NCBI GenBank assembly: GCA_028023455.1
Contig: JAQFVV010000001.1
Location: 4,650,001-4,714,000 of the forward strand
Source of the DNA: Epiperipatus broadwayi
Lineage: Eukaryota; Animalia; Onychophora
Direction: 5' to 3'
DNA length: 64,000 nucleotides
Shown: piece by piece, positions 10,504-23,800 of the stretch
Layout: each line of letters starts with the position of its first letter
How positions within the stretch are numbered: the stretch's first letter is position 1
Position numbers and translations under genes: made by a program
Notes under the pieces: generated by a model
The model's database searches: none
What the model was told of the DNA's origin: nothing
What the model saw: the letters and a program-made list of their open reading frames with translations, nothing else

Positions 10504-12944
10504 ATATTGACATATGGTTGTAAGATGTGGTTTTTAAGAAACAAGAAAGAAAGAAAAAGATTTGAAGGAATGATAATGTCATTTTGAAGAAAATTAACTA
10601 GAATAAGTTGGATGGCAAAGAAGATTAATAATCAAATATTAAGAGAAATTGGAGTGAAAAGAGAACTATTAAATATATTTTAAGACATGATAGGTTTTTA
10701 CAAGATATTTTGGAAGGCAAAATTTTAGAAGTTGAGAGGTACACCAAGAAAATTCTATTTTAAAATTGTGATCAGTGAAATTGAATGTTTTTCATATGCT
10801 GATAGGAAATGAATTTCTGAAAATAGAATGATGTGGCTGCAATGACAAGGCATGGCCTTTAGAAACTGATGATGATAATTTTTTAAACCAATGATTTAAT
10901 TCTGCTTTCTGTTATTCTTGGGATGACCATAAAATTTGTCAGTTAAATTTTAAAAATATTGGTAAATTATACTCTCACACAATATAAGTATTATAAAACA
11001 CATTCTTTGATAAAATAAGCAAATAGTTTATACTTTGTGGCTAATTATGAATCAAAAAATATATATATTTTGATTCTTTGATAAAGTAAAACAAAGTAAA
11101 ATTGTTGATTTATTGGATGTAGATGGAGGATTAAAAGATGGACTCTACAAGAAATCTGTTTATGAATGATAAATTTCTTTAGTATTATTAGTTTGCATAC
11201 TATTCAGTACTGACCAATTTTAAATGCAGATTTCCACATCATCTTTTCAGATTTCATATTAGAATACATGCCCTTTTTTTCAAACTATTTATATCTATTC
11301 TCAAGATTAAAATTTTAATCAAAAATGTATGTTCTACTTTTCCCATACTTAAAATAAATCAAGATGTTGTGCATCTCAACAGGTAATCCTAAAACTTGCT
11401 TAAATAATATAGTTATCCTTTAATAGACTGCATTATGAATATGTTTACAAGGAAGATTTACTGTGAAAAGTTGAAACAATGACAAAATACTATATAGAAT
11501 AACTATATTCTAATTGTTAATGACATTCTGGCAAAAGTTTATATGATAAATCTTGAGTTCCATTTTATAAAATTCATAAAATGATAATTTCCAAACCTAT
11601 GAGCATGATTACCCATCACTAGCATTGACTTTATCCTTTTAGGATAGTAATGAGATAGCTAAGATGAAATCTCAGCTACACAAGTATCTGTAGAGGATGT
11701 TATCATTTTCCTAACTCAGATTGATAATAAAATTACTCACTTGCAATGTCATTGCTAGCAATAGGAAAAAAAAAAATTTTATAAATAATTTTTGGTAGCA
11801 GATTGATTCAAATTTTGTAATACAATTACCAATAAGGAATAATTCTTTGAGAAAATTTCCCAAACACTATACAGAATAAACCTTTTGATTTTCTATCTCC
11901 ATATTGTAGAATTCCCTTTCATATTTTTATTTTCAGATTATAATCAGGGTATTGGTGCTAGAAAACACAAGAGAAAGAGACTTGAAAATAGTTCAGATCA
12001 ATAACTGCTTTTTTTTTCATCAACCATTGGTAAAAGCAGCAAGTGACAACAATGAAAGATATACATTGATACTAATAGGAAATCAACATGATGGAAAAAG
12101 GACTAAACTTATGCATAAGCTTATAGTTTGAGAGTTTCAGGGATTCAATGCTGTTTGTTTTGAGAAATTGGGGGAAATATAAACGTTTTTATTGACAAAC
12201 GTTTTATTAATTTATATGCTATATGGTCACATTAATCAGTTCAAATACTAAAATAAAAATTCACTTTTATCAATGGCATTGTTAGGCTAACAATATTTGT
12301 ATGTTATTATTAGTAAATCCCTTGTGTTTCTGAGAATTATTAAATCAATAGATTTTTTTTTACATACCTCGTATACCTGTGTGGTGCTGGGAGAGGCTTC
12401 AAAATATTCTCTGTCCTAGTGTGTCAACAATCATGAATCTGATTTTGGACAAATACATTTTTCTTCACACACAGTTTATAAAATAAATAAATGTTTGCAT
12501 GTAATGTAAAATATTAAATTTAAATTAACAATTAAATATAGAAAAAATTTTAAATGTAAATGCTTGAGTCCATAGTAAATCATATAACAATTACTAACAA
12601 AAAGCATATCCAGTCAATTGGGAAAAGGTAAAATATTGGAAAGAGAGAAAAATTTACAAAGATAAAAATTCAAAGAAGCTGCTAATATTCCTATAAATCA
12701 ACCTAATTGATAATTCATAATATTTGGAAGCTATTCATTAAGAAAAAGTGGAGAAATCAGAAGGACTCTTATAAATACTTATTTCTGCCTTTGACAGAAT
12801 AGCCTATCTTCTCAGATTGTTATTTTAAATTCAATATTCAAGAATTTAAAAATCCAGGTTTGATTCCCATGTTAATACTGACATTGATCAAGCCATTAAT
12901 GCTTGTAGAAGAGAGAAGAATATAATTTGTAACATTGTGTTACA

Positions 12945-13760
12945 TATTAACCTGTATGCTATTATTAACAGTTGAATGTATTTAAAAAGTTTAAAGCTTG
13001 AATTTTTCTAAAGATATTTAACAGTTAATATTAAATGATTGAAATTGTCCAACATACAATTGTTACTAAAAGCCCATCAACGCAGACTTTCAGACAAACC
13101 CTAAGTATTTGGTATGGACCATATAATACATCAAACTTTAGACATTAAATTGGCCAGAACAGAAAATCAATTAACTTTCCTATGTAAATCTGAAAGAGCT
13201 GTTTCTGAAGGTTTGCAACTAAAATCTCCAATTTATTCTCAAATAGCTGAGAAAATTATTCATAGAGTAAGTAAAGCTCTGTTAAGAGAAATAATAAATG
13301 TTCACAGGTTTCTTAAATATCAAACTTTTATAATGTAGAATGTTTTTTAGAAAAAATAAATGTGTTGATGAAGACTTCACAATAATTTTTCAAGCATTAA
13401 AAAAAATCATATTCTAAATTGTATGAAAAAATAAAAGAATATTAAAAGGAGCAACTTGTAAATCTACATTGAAATAACAAAAGATCATACTGTACCGAAC
13501 AACCTATCAGCTTCATCAGCTAAAAATATTAGTTCTGAAATAATTAATAGATTTTGGAATTTTTGTTCTGGAAAAAGGACTAAACTTTGATATCACACTA
13601 TATAATATCCCTTTATTATATATAATGGTAATAAATGAAAAAAATCACTTAAAAATTGCTATTAAAAAAGCAGAATTACACTGCAGAACAAAAAAAAAAA
13701 AAACAGTCTTTGAGAGATACCAAAAACTAAAATCAAACATTTCCTAAGAAAAGTTATAAA
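12945..13760 (+). mobile_element. Penelope-like element 5' relic (family 3 repeat followed by N-terminal ORF region)
   Basis: ORF 13114..13338 (KLARTENQLTFLCKSERAVSEGLQLKSPIYSQIAEKIIHRVSKALLREII) resembles from memory the N-terminal region of PLE ORFs; followed by frameshifted K/E-rich sequence. Confidence 0.55.
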
Positions 13761-15183
13761 ACTGTCTGCATAATATATACTACAATAATAGTGTATATAT
13801 ATAATCATTAGAAACCAGTCAACACTAAGACAATCCTAATATAGATAACAATCAAGGATTTCAAACTATTGTCAAGGCAACCTCCTTTTAGTAATAGAGG
13901 TGATATATATAGATCAGTGGTAAAAGAAATCTTATTTTTATAAATAACTTTTTTTTTATCACGGATGGATGTTTTTGTTTTTTCCTGTTATGGATTGAAT
14001 GCAGACTTTTATTTCCAAACAGTGTAAGTATTAAGAAGTTTTTTAATACAAGTAAAAAATTAAGTTAAATATTTATAATACTAGGAAAAACAGTACTGGT
14101 TTAGCAATCAAAAAAAAAAAAAACTAATCAATAAGAAAAAATATATATATCCTGTATATAGTCCTTGAAATTTTAAAAAATAAAATATACTTTCTTTGGT
14201 ACTTACGTATCATTCCTTCGTTCTCTTCACCAGGTGTTTTTTTTTTTGATTACTTATTTATAGTCATAGATATCATGTTTTGAATAATAGAGCTGTTTTG
14301 TTTTTTAAAGACGATTTCATTGAATTTTTTTTTAAACGATGATTATAAAAATACAGTAAATTATACAAAATTCCAAATGATTGTTATTAAATAAAATTTA
14401 CTATAATTATAATAAACAATATAAAAAACATGATGAAAAATTACTCGCCTAAAACATGTTTTGAGATTACACCGCCATTATCTTCGTTCACGCAAAAAGT
14501 TTTATATCATGCCCATTAGCACATGCTTTTCGCATAGGCATTATACCATAAGTTTGAAAATACTTTACTGTGTTGTTTTTTTTTATCATTGGTAAATTCC
14601 CAAATTTTAATTATTTTTGCAAAAGATTAGAAAAAATAATTAACCAACAGCATAAAAAAAGCACTGCAATGTGTTAACGGTTTGTATGTTATAAATAAAA
14701 AAAATAATTCATTAAATGTTATGAATGACATTTATAAAAAATATATATATTTTTTTTAAGTTAACAAATTTATATTCTATTTCTTAATATTTTTTAAATA
14801 TAACAAAGCCCCTGAAAATGGATAATTGACCAAAAACATCTGGCAAAGACAGCGAAGAAATAATATGTAAATACCCTTTCTTTGATTAATATACTTACTA
14901 CACAAATTTTTATTATGCTAATAAATTGTTTTATTCACATAATGATAATAAACTGTTTAATAAATGTATTAATTAAAAAAATATCTATAAAACTTTGTAA
15001 TTTTTAGCGAAATATTTTTTTTTCAAAGTCCATACATTTTATTTCTTACTGATCAGTTTTTCCTTTGACTATAGATATGACTATATAGTTTCATGTGATG
15101 ATTAGTAAGAATTAAGTAGGTTTTTTTTTTAATTTATTTTCAAAAATGATTGATATATTTTTTTTTGTTTTTAGGTATTTAAA

Positions 15184-15636
15184 ATGAATATTAACAACGA
15201 CCAACATACATCTAATGTTAAGTATCAGTTATTTCAAGAAGAAATATTTACTCCACATCAGCAAAGCAATACAAAAACAATTAAAAAATTAAGAACATTA
15301 ATTCAAAACCGGAGAAGTGAAACTAAAAAATTAGAAGAGCAATTATTAATACATTGAGGAAGCAAAAAATTGCTTTCACAGATTCACAAGAAACAATACA
15401 CATTATATAACAATGTATTAGCAATTTTAAACATAAAAGAAAAGTTAATTCAAGATAAACATTATAAGCATTTTCCAGTTGTGGATATGAACTTCATGGA
15501 TTTGAATCTAAGTTCTAGTGGATATTTTTTAGTTCATCATTTTATAAAAGAATTGACCAGGAAATTTCAAGTTTTGGTTCATAGTAATTCTTTTATTAAA
15601 TTGTCACACTGTAGAGGAGATAGCTTTGAATGTTAA
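15184..15636 (+). other. Candidate coding exon or pseudogene: 150-codon frame broken by one in-frame TGA
   Basis: Polypyrimidine tract and AG ending at 15174, ATG at 15184, TGA at 15355-15357, same frame continues into ORF 15370..15636. No homology recognised. Confidence 0.25.
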
Positions 15637-15920
15637 AGTTTCATTACTTCATCCTACTATAGAGTAGTAGAGAATAATTTAATTGTTTATATCTTGAAAC
15701 ATAAAAACAATATAAAATATTAGTTATTTTAAAATCTTTGTCAGTAATATATATATATATCCTCGAGTATATAATTTGAACCATTACAAATAATATGCTG
15801 ATTTATAAATCTGTCTTTTAAATAAGATCTCACTTCACTTCCAGCACTATCAAAGAATCTTTTTGTTTTCAATCTAATGTATAAAAATTGATTTAAAATA
15901 TGTTATCCTTTTTGTTCTTA

Positions 15921-16170
15921 TTTATAATAATTGACCAAAATGTTCCTAATGTTGGCTAAAGAAAAGGTTTATTATTTTAATTTATTTTTATTAAATGTAA
16001 CTGGGCATGCTTTTGGCTTGAAAAACCAGATTCATAACACTTATGAATCTGGTTTTTCAAGTTGAAGGTTTGCTCAGTTACATTTACTAAAAATAAATAC
16101 ATATAACAAGTCTTTTCTTTAGCCAATGTTAGAAATGTTCCAGCAAATATTTATTAAAAATTGATTTAGT
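15921..16170. repeat. Foldback (MITE-like) with perfect 21-bp core hairpin
   Basis: CTTGAAAAACCAGATTCATAA-CAC-TTATGAATCTGGTTTTTCAAG at 16017-16061; imperfect arms extend ~95 bp further each side. Confidence 0.75.
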
Positions 16171-16199
16171 AATTTATGTTAAATACTTAATATATCAAC

Positions 16200-16650
16200 T
16201 AGGTTACAAAAATACATTCAAGTTTTAGCTTGGATGTCTGATAGTCAGCTTGAGACTGTAATACTATTTAAGTATTTTGGGAGCCTTCTGATATTGAGGT
16301 GCAACATAGACTTCAATAAGATGTTGCTATTGTATTTAACATGTTATACAATTGAGTATTACATATATGGCAGTTATGTTGTCTGTTTTATTGTTTGTAA
16401 TTGAAAATATGTATTTTATCTTCATAATACAAAATTATTAGAAATGTTTTATTCAAGAATGTTCTGTAAGGTTTTAAAAGCATGGTGGGGGAATCTAGCT
16501 TGAAGAGTCTGGATACCAAAGATTCATTAAGATTTTAATACTACATTCTTTTTAATCTCTCCAAACTGTGGAAGATGCAAACACGTGACATTAAAGATAC
16601 TAAATTGCTTCATACAAATTATTTGGAACTTTTCTTGAAGTAAAAATTTA
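16200..16650 (+). mobile_element. RTE-like LINE C-terminal relic
   Basis: QLETVILFKYFGSL resembles the LExVxxFKYLGS motif downstream of RT; heavily decayed. Confidence 0.4.
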
Positions 16651-16819
16651 TAAAAGTAATTATTTATTTCTTTAAATTTATTCAATATTTTTCAAGAAAT
16701 TGCAAATGTAAAATACTTTTATAAGGAAAATAAATTTATTTATTTAAAAATAAAAGTAGGTAGTCATCAGAAAAAACCCAAGAGCTACTGCACAAATATT
16801 ATTAATGCCAGAATATTAA

Positions 16820-17015
16820 CAATTTTTATTAGTCATTCATTAGTCTAGAGATTATCTAATAATGGATGATTTCTATAGGGTAATTTTCACTACAGCACTC
16901 TCATGCAAGGTAGGGACTGCTTTTTTATTTACTTTTAATATCTTATAGAGGAATGTATAGAAATATTATTCATTATTGGATAATCTCTAGTCTGATGTAT
17001 GACAAAAATTATTAC
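16820..17015. repeat. Foldback with ~48-bp imperfect arms
   Basis: 16832-16877 pairs with 16956-17003 (CTAGAGATTATC / GATAATCTCTAG). Confidence 0.65.
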
Positions 17016-17124
17016 TATACTTTCATTAAGTGATTTGTGTCAAAGTTGTAAGGGCAGCAAATTTGACACTTATCAATTAAACTGTAGTAATTTGCTACCT
17101 ATATATACAGAATAATATAAGATT

Positions 17125-17215
17125 ATGTGTAAGAGATTGTGTTCTGAGACAACTGATGAATACTGGTTCAGCTTATAATTGCATCTAGAGATTAACCATC
17201 TTTTTCACATAGATA
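17125..17215 (+). repeat. Old, diverged family 1 copy (CUGAUGA kept, GAAA lost)
   Basis: TGTGTAAGAGAT...CAACTGATGAATACTGGTTCAGC...GATTAACCATCTTTTTCACAT aligns with 5131-5220. Confidence 0.55.
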
Positions 17216-18684
17216 AAAACCAGTCTCTACTTTACATGAGAATGGTATAATGAAAATTACATTAAATATTATTATTATTAATGCCAACCTCTTTCTTAAA
17301 ATTACAAAAAAGTATGTGTAAATATAAATACATTATTGCTTATTTAATTTTTGAAAACATGGACATTTAGTTAATAATCATTCATTTTTTCAAGCAGTTA
17401 ATTATATGTTCATATATTAGGTGCTTAAGATTTAATTATTTTATTGCCAAACTATTTTCTATATTTATAATAGTCTGAATTTCTGTCAGTATTATGCATA
17501 CTTTTGCATAGAATTGTCTTTAGTTTGATAAACTATTTTAGAATCTCTTTTCGAATATTCAAAACAGCTTCAATCTCAAAATCAGCTAGTCTCTTTTCCC
17601 CTTCTTCTCTCTCGATTTCAGGCATTATCAAATCACCATACCTTTAATAAATATTCGCTGCTACTTAACCAACATATCAACAGTTCTTACTTTAACTGCT
17701 TTCTGTTTAATTTTTATCGTAGAAAAACTGCTTTCTATTTTTTTCCACACTGACATCTGGTTAGTTTTTAATTACTTATCAGCTTTCATTCTCTCTTTTT
17801 TAAATTTCATAATAAAGATATATTTCAACCAAATATATTTAGATATCTCTTTCCCTTTTTTTTCTCTCTATTTAAATAAATTTATATTAAAATATTTTAT
17901 CTTTTATAAAAATGGATGACATAAAAAAAAAAGAATCATTTAAATATTATTTTTATTTGTACAAAAAACAACAAACAATTGACAATATTCAAAATTTCAT
18001 ATATATTTAATTTTATACAAACAAAATATTTTTCAAAAGTAATACTTACTGATAACGTGATTACAGATAAATTTACAAATAAATTAATTACTACTTAACA
18101 AGTTTTAGTACAAAATAATGAGAACAAAATTAAACATAAAAAGACGTGTCATTAATATTTGATATATTAAACTTAGATCAGGCTTTGAGTTTAGAATGTA
18201 AAAAGATTGGAATATGACCTAATTTTAATACATTGACCGATACATCATTTAATGATGGAGTATATTAAACTTGGGGGCTGTGTTCAGGCTACTGATGGGA
18301 TCTATAAGTGATGGGTAGTGATTTTCAGATATGGTCAGTAAATAAAAAATAATTACTGCCTGATCAACTGTTCCTGCTGCCTTGTAGAATAGCATATTAG
18401 TTCATCAAAGGCTAGGTAATGTTTTAGTTACACTCTTTAATGGATGTCCTCATTTTCTTATTTAGTATCTTAAGTAGTGTGAGGTCCAGTTATCATAGAT
18501 TTCTCATGCTATCAGTCTTCTCTGTATAGAATTGAGAAATCAATGACAAGAAAGAATTAGTAGCTGGAAGTTCCTAGTTGTAATATTTGCTCAAGGCAAT
18601 ATAATCAATGAATTGATTTGGGACTGGATTTGAGATCGGAATTTCGACTGTGGCATGCCACTTTAGAGATCACCCTGTTTACCA

Positions 18685-20650
18685 TGGAGCCAAATAAATG
18701 AAAATATACAAAAAACACAAAATGGTACTTATGAGTTGGGGAAAGTCCAACATAATAAAACAAATATTTCTGATACAAACATCTCTACATATGCAAATAT
18801 CCTTAAAAGCAAATTGCTCTCAAATGCTTCTGATAATATACTTAACGTTAGTGATAATATTACTTTGCTTGATTTAGAATAGCACTTTTAAACAATCATC
18901 CACCAACACATATTTCTTTAATACCCGTGACTATAATGAGAAGCAGTATCGAGACCTCACCGAACGTTTCACCAGCACTATTCCCAATAATCTTTATAAG
19001 TCATTGATCAATTTTAATGGTGACAAGAACGTGATCCTAGCTGTTACTGATGATAACTGTGCATTGTTCAAGTTCCCCACTGAATTGCTATATGAAACTA
19101 TTAAAGAAAAAGACTTAAGCCATGGTATTCATAAGATCTTGAGCCATCCTAATGACCGCTACGTTGCTCTGGAATTTACTAAATGGGCAGCCAAGAATTA
19201 CTTTAAAAGCAATATCAGGGTATTAAATGATAAATTCATCTGTTACATTGATCTCACTAGGCCTAATATAATTTCTGGTAGGATTAAAAATTGTCCTATA
19301 AACTTCCACCAAGAACATCTACAGGAATCACTCAAAGCCTTTGGCAATGTTAGTAAGTTTAAATCCCTTCCTGTTGATTCAGATGGACTACATTTTCTAT
19401 CTAACAATGCAACATCAAATAGCAATCAAACAAAATGTCTCACCCACTGACATACCTACTGTGTTTAATTACAAAGGCTCACACATGATCCTCTCTTTAT
19501 GTGGAGTTAGACCATAGTGCTTTCATTGTCTTGAGAGGACCCACTTGGTGAAAGATTGCTAATCAAGAATGTGCTCTAATTGTGGAATCAAAAAGAGTAT
19601 TTATCATAGATGCAAAAAGAATTTTACATCAACTTCTCATACTGCACAATCATACTCATCTGTAACTAATGACACATCAACAACAGAACCTCAAGTTAGA
19701 ATTGCCTACAAACAATATCAAATGAATAATCAACAAATATCTGCCTTGCAACAACCTGATTACAGAAGTGTAGTCAGAGAAGAAGAAACATCAGATATTA
19801 CACAAGATTCTTTTCTTGTAGATGAGTCTCTACTTCCATCGGCCTCAAAAGAAAGAAATGATACACAAAGCCAACTACGTCATGCTGAAACAATGGGATC
19901 AACACAACAAACTGTGGTGGAGCAAGATACTTCAGACAATCCCATATGTTATCAGCACAATGATAGCACTACTCTAAGCAATCCTGTCAAGAAGCCTCTG
20001 AACAAAAGTATAGTTCCTTATCAGACTAAAACCACTACTTTGAGATGCACAAGAAGTAAGAACAAGCAGCTTAAAAGTAACAACAAACCTATCACCCTCA
20101 ACCAAGGAGATGTTAGCTCAGAAGAGGAATCTCCAATGGAAATGCCTATAGATAAGTCCAGTACTCAGAAAAGAAAATCAGCCATTATACACAAGTCCAG
20201 CTCAGAAGATGAAAAATCTCTGGGGAAGAAAAACATCTCAGTACTCAGAAAAGAAAATCAGCCATTATACACAAGTCCAGCTCAGAAGATGAAAAATCTC
20301 TGGGGAAGAAAAACAGATGTTTATCTCTTAAGCAGAAGAAGAAAACCAATATTCCAATACATAAGGAAAAAAGTCCAGAGAAGAAATGTTAGTTATCAGA
20401 TGAGGATATTGAGTCTTAATTCATTAGAAGAGACTGCTGGTGATGTACATCATATCATCGATGTTGATGGTTATGACACCCCAATGATTGAACCCATTGT
20501 GTTAGAAGAAACCTCAGATAACAACATGAAGATCCAGACTACAAAGATCCAGACCATTCCAACTAGAATTTTCATTCTATTTATGCTGAGAATTAAAAGG
20601 GAGCCTTATATTTTTTGTGGTAGATTTAAAGGATACATAACCCAATTATG
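18685..20650 (+). pseudogene. L1-a ORF1 (gag-like, Zn knuckles), frameshifted
   Basis: ORFs 19004..19450 and 19569..20666; MCSNCGIKKSIYHRC; S/E/K-rich tail; 80-bp duplication at 20159-20315 shifts the frame. Confidence 0.75.
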
Positions 20651-23600
20651 TTGCATAAGCTTGTAGGAGTAAATGTAAGGGGTATTAACTCATTGGAAAG
20701 GGTATATGCCATTGAACAATGGATCACAATCAATAATCCACATATAATTTTTATGAGTGAAATAAAATATCACTCAATCTGAATTTGTCTTGAATCTCTT
20801 GGATACATAGCTTTCTCTGATAGCCTTACTGCAGCTGGCAGAGTCAATTTACTTATTAATAAAAAACATCCACTTAATAAATTTATAATACTCTATAAGG
20901 ATAATAACCTTATTGCTATATCAGTCACATATCAAAATTTGGTAATCAATATAATATATGTGTATGCAGATAGATCCTGCTGCACATTAATGAAAGTCAT
21001 TAACATAATTAATATGCTATTGGTAAATAATAACAACCCCACCCTAATCTTTGGCGATTTTAATATCACTTATGCAAGATTCACAAAAACCTATGTTCAC
21101 TTGATAGACAAGCCATTTATGAGTGGTGAGGGTCATCTGCCTGATGATTCCTACTCTTTTTACACCAGAAAATACAGGTCAGTGATTGATCTATTCTTTT
21201 ATACACCTGACATACATTTTCTCATCACAGCAAAATTAGAACATGTGGTCTTTTCAGACCATCTTGCCCTAGTAGTTCAGATTGAAGCTGCTAATAATGT
21301 CACTCCCACTTGCAACACCATCAGAATGTTGACAAAATTGAATATAACAGAAGCCATACCATCTGAGATTTATATATTTTTTTAAAAAATAGATATATTT
21401 GCCAAACCTATAGAGGAAGCATGGTTTGCCTTCATTGGCATTCTTCAATCGATCATTTCCTACCATACAATTAAGTGAAAGGGACCATTGGTGTTACTAA
21501 AAGACTTGAATAAGCTTGGTTTCAGAATGAAGGCATTTAACTCTGCCTCATCTTCTATAGATGAGATTATATCTGTTAAGCTACAGTATAAAGCCAAACA
21601 GAAGGCACTTGCAGATTATCTGTCTATAAAGCATGCCAAGGTGTTTCTGGCTCAGCAGAACTGTTGGACTAGAAACTACTTCCATTGGGCACTGGGTGTG
21701 CAATTAAACCCCCCCTACTCCCACTATCATCAATATTGATGGTGAGTCCTTTGATGGCCTTCCAATGGTCAAGGAAATCCATAAACACTGAACAAAAATT
21801 TCATTGTCTCAGCCATGTTAATACTCCCATTGAAGACATTTTAATTTGTGAAGATGATCATGGTATCACTGAAGATATGCTGAAAGCCAAACTCCAAGCA
21901 TTGCCAGATAAAATACACCCCAGACTGCATTCTATACCATGCTTCCTGATAGATCATCTAAGCCACTTTACAATTCCCATCCTATTTAAAATGACCAACC
22001 ATTTGGCACAGGAGAAAAAAACAATCCCCCACCTATATCCTATTGCTTTAGTTACCTTCATAAAGAAGCATGAAGATCCCCACACCCTCAAAACATTCGG
22101 CCTATTTCTATGTCCCTGCTCATCATTAAAATCCTGGAATCTGTCATAAAAGATAAGATCCAGGATAAAATACTTCAAAATATATCTTCTTCCCAATTTG
22201 TGAAGAAACAGTCTTCACCAATTTTAGCCGTTGGTCAAGTTAAAATATTAATTGATTATGTTAGACAACAGAGAAAGCAGGTTGTCATAGCTATCCAGCT
22301 TGATTTCAATGCAGCATTTGAGTCTGTTAACATTAGTACTCTTCAAACCTGCTGAAAGGCCATCACATCCCAACCTCTATCATACAGATCATAGATAACC
22401 TCATGTCTAACAGAGAAATTGCTGTCTCGCTGAATGGCAAGCTCTGTTCATTTTTCCAACCTAACACATCCATTCTGCAAGGCTCCCCCCTCAGTGATCT
22501 TCTCTTTATAGTCTACATTGATCTTCTGTTGAAAGCCATCGAACAACAACTACCTGGTCTCTATGTACCAAGGCTTGCCAAATTGATAAAGCTCATGGCT
22601 TATATGGATGATGTAATCATCTTCCTCCCTTCAACAACCTATTTACCTCTGTTATACTCCATATTGGATAAATACACAGCTGACTATGGTTTCACCATCA
22701 ACCCATTGAAATCAGCTATATGGAAGGTATTCTCAGGTCAGAAGATTGTATCCAAATTTACAGCCAAACCTCAAAAGTTTTTTGGCTTTGAGATATCCCA
22801 AACATACTTCCAAATGGTCCAAAGATATTCAAAATCACATTCTGCACTCAATGGAAAGACTTACTAAACATCTGTCTAACATCTACCTTTCCTTACATGG
22901 TAAGTTAATGCTTCTCAATATGAAGATCATGGCCAAGCTTAACTATTACATGCCCATCATGAGGATCACTAAGACTTCTATCAATAAAATGAATTCTCTT
23001 ACATCCTGACTTTTCTGGGGAGGTAAAGTTGTTGCAATTAGCATTAACAGGATGCAACTTCACCGGAAGTATAATGGACTTTTTTATCATGCTATTCAAG
23101 CCATTCATATTCAAAATATATTTAATTTTATCACCATGCTTATCAAATCATTTGGATATGAGCAAATCATTTTGTCAGTTATCCTGATGGATAGGCCCCC
23201 TCCTAGAGTCAAGAATTTCCTTGATGTCACGATTGATTTGATCAAAAGCTACATGGTAATTATGAATGATAAAGATTAATATTTGGCAAGCACATAGTCT
23301 CATTCACCCTATCACAATTCCCATAACACCACCACTTGCCCTGACCAATAATAAGATCATCTCCCTCTTCAGGTGCTGGGCTATGGAACCGAAATTCTTT
23401 GATTTCATTATTAAGATAAATTTAAATGCCATTAGCATAATTGGTTTCTCTTCCATAGGTGAGGCATCAACAAAATTGACCCAATCTGCTCCCTCTGCCA
23501 AACTCATGATGAAACATTTGACCATGTGATTTACTTGTGCCAGAGAAGGATTATTGCTGATAACCTTAAAGTGAATTTTTACCTTGTTATCTTCTTAAGA

Positions 23601-23800
23601 ATAGTATTAAGACAAGATCCATCCCTACTATTAGGCTGTCATTATTTATCAACTATGCATTCTGGTCTACTCATTGTAAAATGGTTTTCAATCCTGGTGC
23701 AATTCATGAGGGAAAATTCTTTCTGAATAAACTTATAAAATTTAAAAACCATGACATACTCCTAGCTCCAAAAGTATTATTCAAGGAAACATGGACTCTG
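20648..23800 (+). pseudogene. L1-a ORF2 (APE-RT-Zn finger), fragmented
   Basis: ORFs 20939..21385, 21488..21739, 21685..22149, 22110..22355, 22403..22867, 22746..23009 carry consecutive domains. Confidence 0.85.

Larger units (their letters stand above)
6760..10875 (+). mobile_element. Decayed RTE-clade LINE interrupted by two younger insertions
   Basis: NWNVRTL (APE start ~6768), RLIEFC..HDMIIFNTFY (~7180-7230), ORF 7798..8091 leading into RT, DLE..FD-type motif ~9870-9900, WNILTYGCxMW ~10434-10530, GATGATGAT tail ~10865. Interrupted at 8055-9540 and 10452-10503. Confidence 0.75.

Noticed and set aside
11560-12820. hAT/ZMYM-type transposase relic (GARKHKRKR near 11950)
   Set aside because: Only a short basic motif; no catalytic domain, TIR or TSD could be traced.
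13960-14235. Isolated consensus splice donors (14025 +, ~14207 -); likewise 56655 - and a 31-nt candidate exon at 59067-59097
   Set aside because: GTAAGT-type matches are frequent in such AT-rich DNA and cannot be joined into a gene model.
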